A stretch of 64,000 nt of DNA, taken from contig CBDBLP010000002.1 in NCBI GenBank assembly GCA_965207055.1, forward strand, positions 336,152 through 400,151, given 5' to 3'. Below the pieces are notes generated by a model that saw only the letters and a program-made list of their open reading frames with translations, was not told the DNA's origin and did no database searches. The number at the start of each line of letters is the position of its first letter. Positions within the stretch are counted from its first letter, which is position 1. This document shows, piece after piece, positions 63,189 to 64,000 of the stretch. The DNA comes from Alphaproteobacteria bacterium. Lineage in GTDB: Bacteria; Pseudomonadota; Alphaproteobacteria; UBA828. A program made the position numbers and the translations under genes.

Positions 63189-64000
63189 ATGAAGCGGGTC
63201 TTTTCCGGCGTACAGCCGACCGGCAATCTGCACCTCGGCAACTACCTCGGCGCGATCAAGAATTGGGTCGCGATGCAGCGGGAGTACGACTGCATTTATT
63301 GCATCGTCGATCTGCACGCGATCACGGTGCCGCAGGATCCGGAAGAGCTCACCAACAACACGCGCGAGGTCACCGCCGGACTGATCGCCGCCGGGCTCGA
63401 CCCCAAGACCTGCATCATCTTCAACCAGAGCCGCGTGGCGGGACATGCGGAGCTCGCCTGGATCCTCAACTGCTTCACCCCGCTCGGCTGGCTCAACCGC
63501 ATGACCCAGTTCAAGGAGAAGGCGGGGAAGAAGCGGGACAGCGCGCTCCTCGGCCTCTACGCCTACCCGGTGCTGATGGCGGCCGACATCCTGCTCTACC
63601 ACGCGACAGCCGTGCCGGTGGGCGAGGACCAGAAGCAGCACCTGGAGCTATCCCGCGACATCGCCAGCGCCTTCAACCGCGCCTACGACCGGGAGTTCTT
63701 CCCCCTGCCCGAGCCGATGATCTTCGGCGCCGCGACGCGGGTGATGAGCCTGAGAGACGGCCGCAAGAAGATGAGCAAGTCGGACGGGTCCGACTACGCG
63801 CGGATCAACCTGACCGACGACGCCGACACGATCGCGCTCAAGATCAAGCGCGCCAAGACCGACTCCGAGCCCGGTCTCGCTTACGACGTCGAGCGCCGGC
63901 CCGAGGCCTCGAACCTGCTGAGCATCTACGCCGCGCTCGTCGACGAGCCCATCGAGAGGGTTGCCGCCGAGCATTCCCTGATCGGCTTTTCCGACTTCAA
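63189..64000 (+). CDS. trpS: Tryptophan--tRNA ligase (3' end outside window)
   Basis: The frame is open from the ATG at 63189 to the window end. It carries a HIGH-type motif ([16 protein letters not shown]) and KMSKS. Confidence 0.9.
   Translation, partial: MKRVFSGVQPTGNLHLGNYLGAIKNWVAMQREYDCIYCIVDLHAITVPQDPEELTNNTREVTAGLIAAGLDPKTCIIFNQSRVAGHAELAWILNCFTPLGWLNRMTQFKEKAGKKRDSALLGLYAYPVLMAADILLYHATAVPVGEDQKQHLELSRDIASAFNRAYDREFFPLPEPMIFGAATRVMSLRDGRKKMSKSDGSDYARINLTDDADTIALKIKRAKTDSEPGLAYDVERRPEASNLLSIYAALVDEPIERVAAEHSLIGFSDF

Overview
High-GC alphaproteobacterial-type chromosomal segment; the lpxI-containing rseP-bamA-skp-lpxD-fabZ-lpxA-lpxI-lpxB cluster and a tandem cold-shock-domain protein support that placement. 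The backbone holds a metal-homeostasis locus (znuCB, a split czcD-type CDF gene, an RcnA-like/DUF1007 pair) and a GntR regulator. It also holds a roughly 18-kb catabolic block (cupin, a coxMSL-like molybdoenzyme, an AtuA-like pair, PrpD-like, M19 dipeptidase, amidase, GGT, maleate-isomerase-like, class IV aminotransferase), then the envelope cluster, glnD, murJ and trpS. The accessory content is the interesting part. (1) A 4,425-bp TG..CA transposon (1972-6396) sits inside czcD with a perfect 5-bp GCCGC duplication, and removing it rebuilds the reading frame. It carries a DDE transposase, an AAA+ partner, an extra RecA-like AAA_25/wHTH protein and a Zn-ribbon/HTH protein, a module I cannot assign to a named family. 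(2) A roughly 20-kb island-like stretch (about 9.3-29.4 kb) starts at a sharply AT-rich, iteron-bearing non-coding region. It contains an orphan phage block: a tape-measure-like gene with about 30 copies of a 48-bp in-frame repeat, bracketed by two pentapeptide-repeat genes, plus a Mu gpI-protease-like gene and a coiled-coil protein. (3) Next to it lies a Mu-type early-region-only module (repressor, Ner-position gene, GemA-like, MuA-like, MuB-like, and a protein with three recombinase-domain-like modules), with candidate TGG..CCA inverted termini at 16565 and 22703, so possibly a natural mini-Mu. (4) Two autotransporters share paralogous beta-barrels. One is 2,052 aa with at least 12 Calx-beta-like modules and a (CCCCAA)11-encoded PN tract; the other has a passenger that looks like tandem Cache domains. 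No rRNA, tRNA or CRISPR array was seen. Most long antisense ORFs in the track are GC-driven artefacts.
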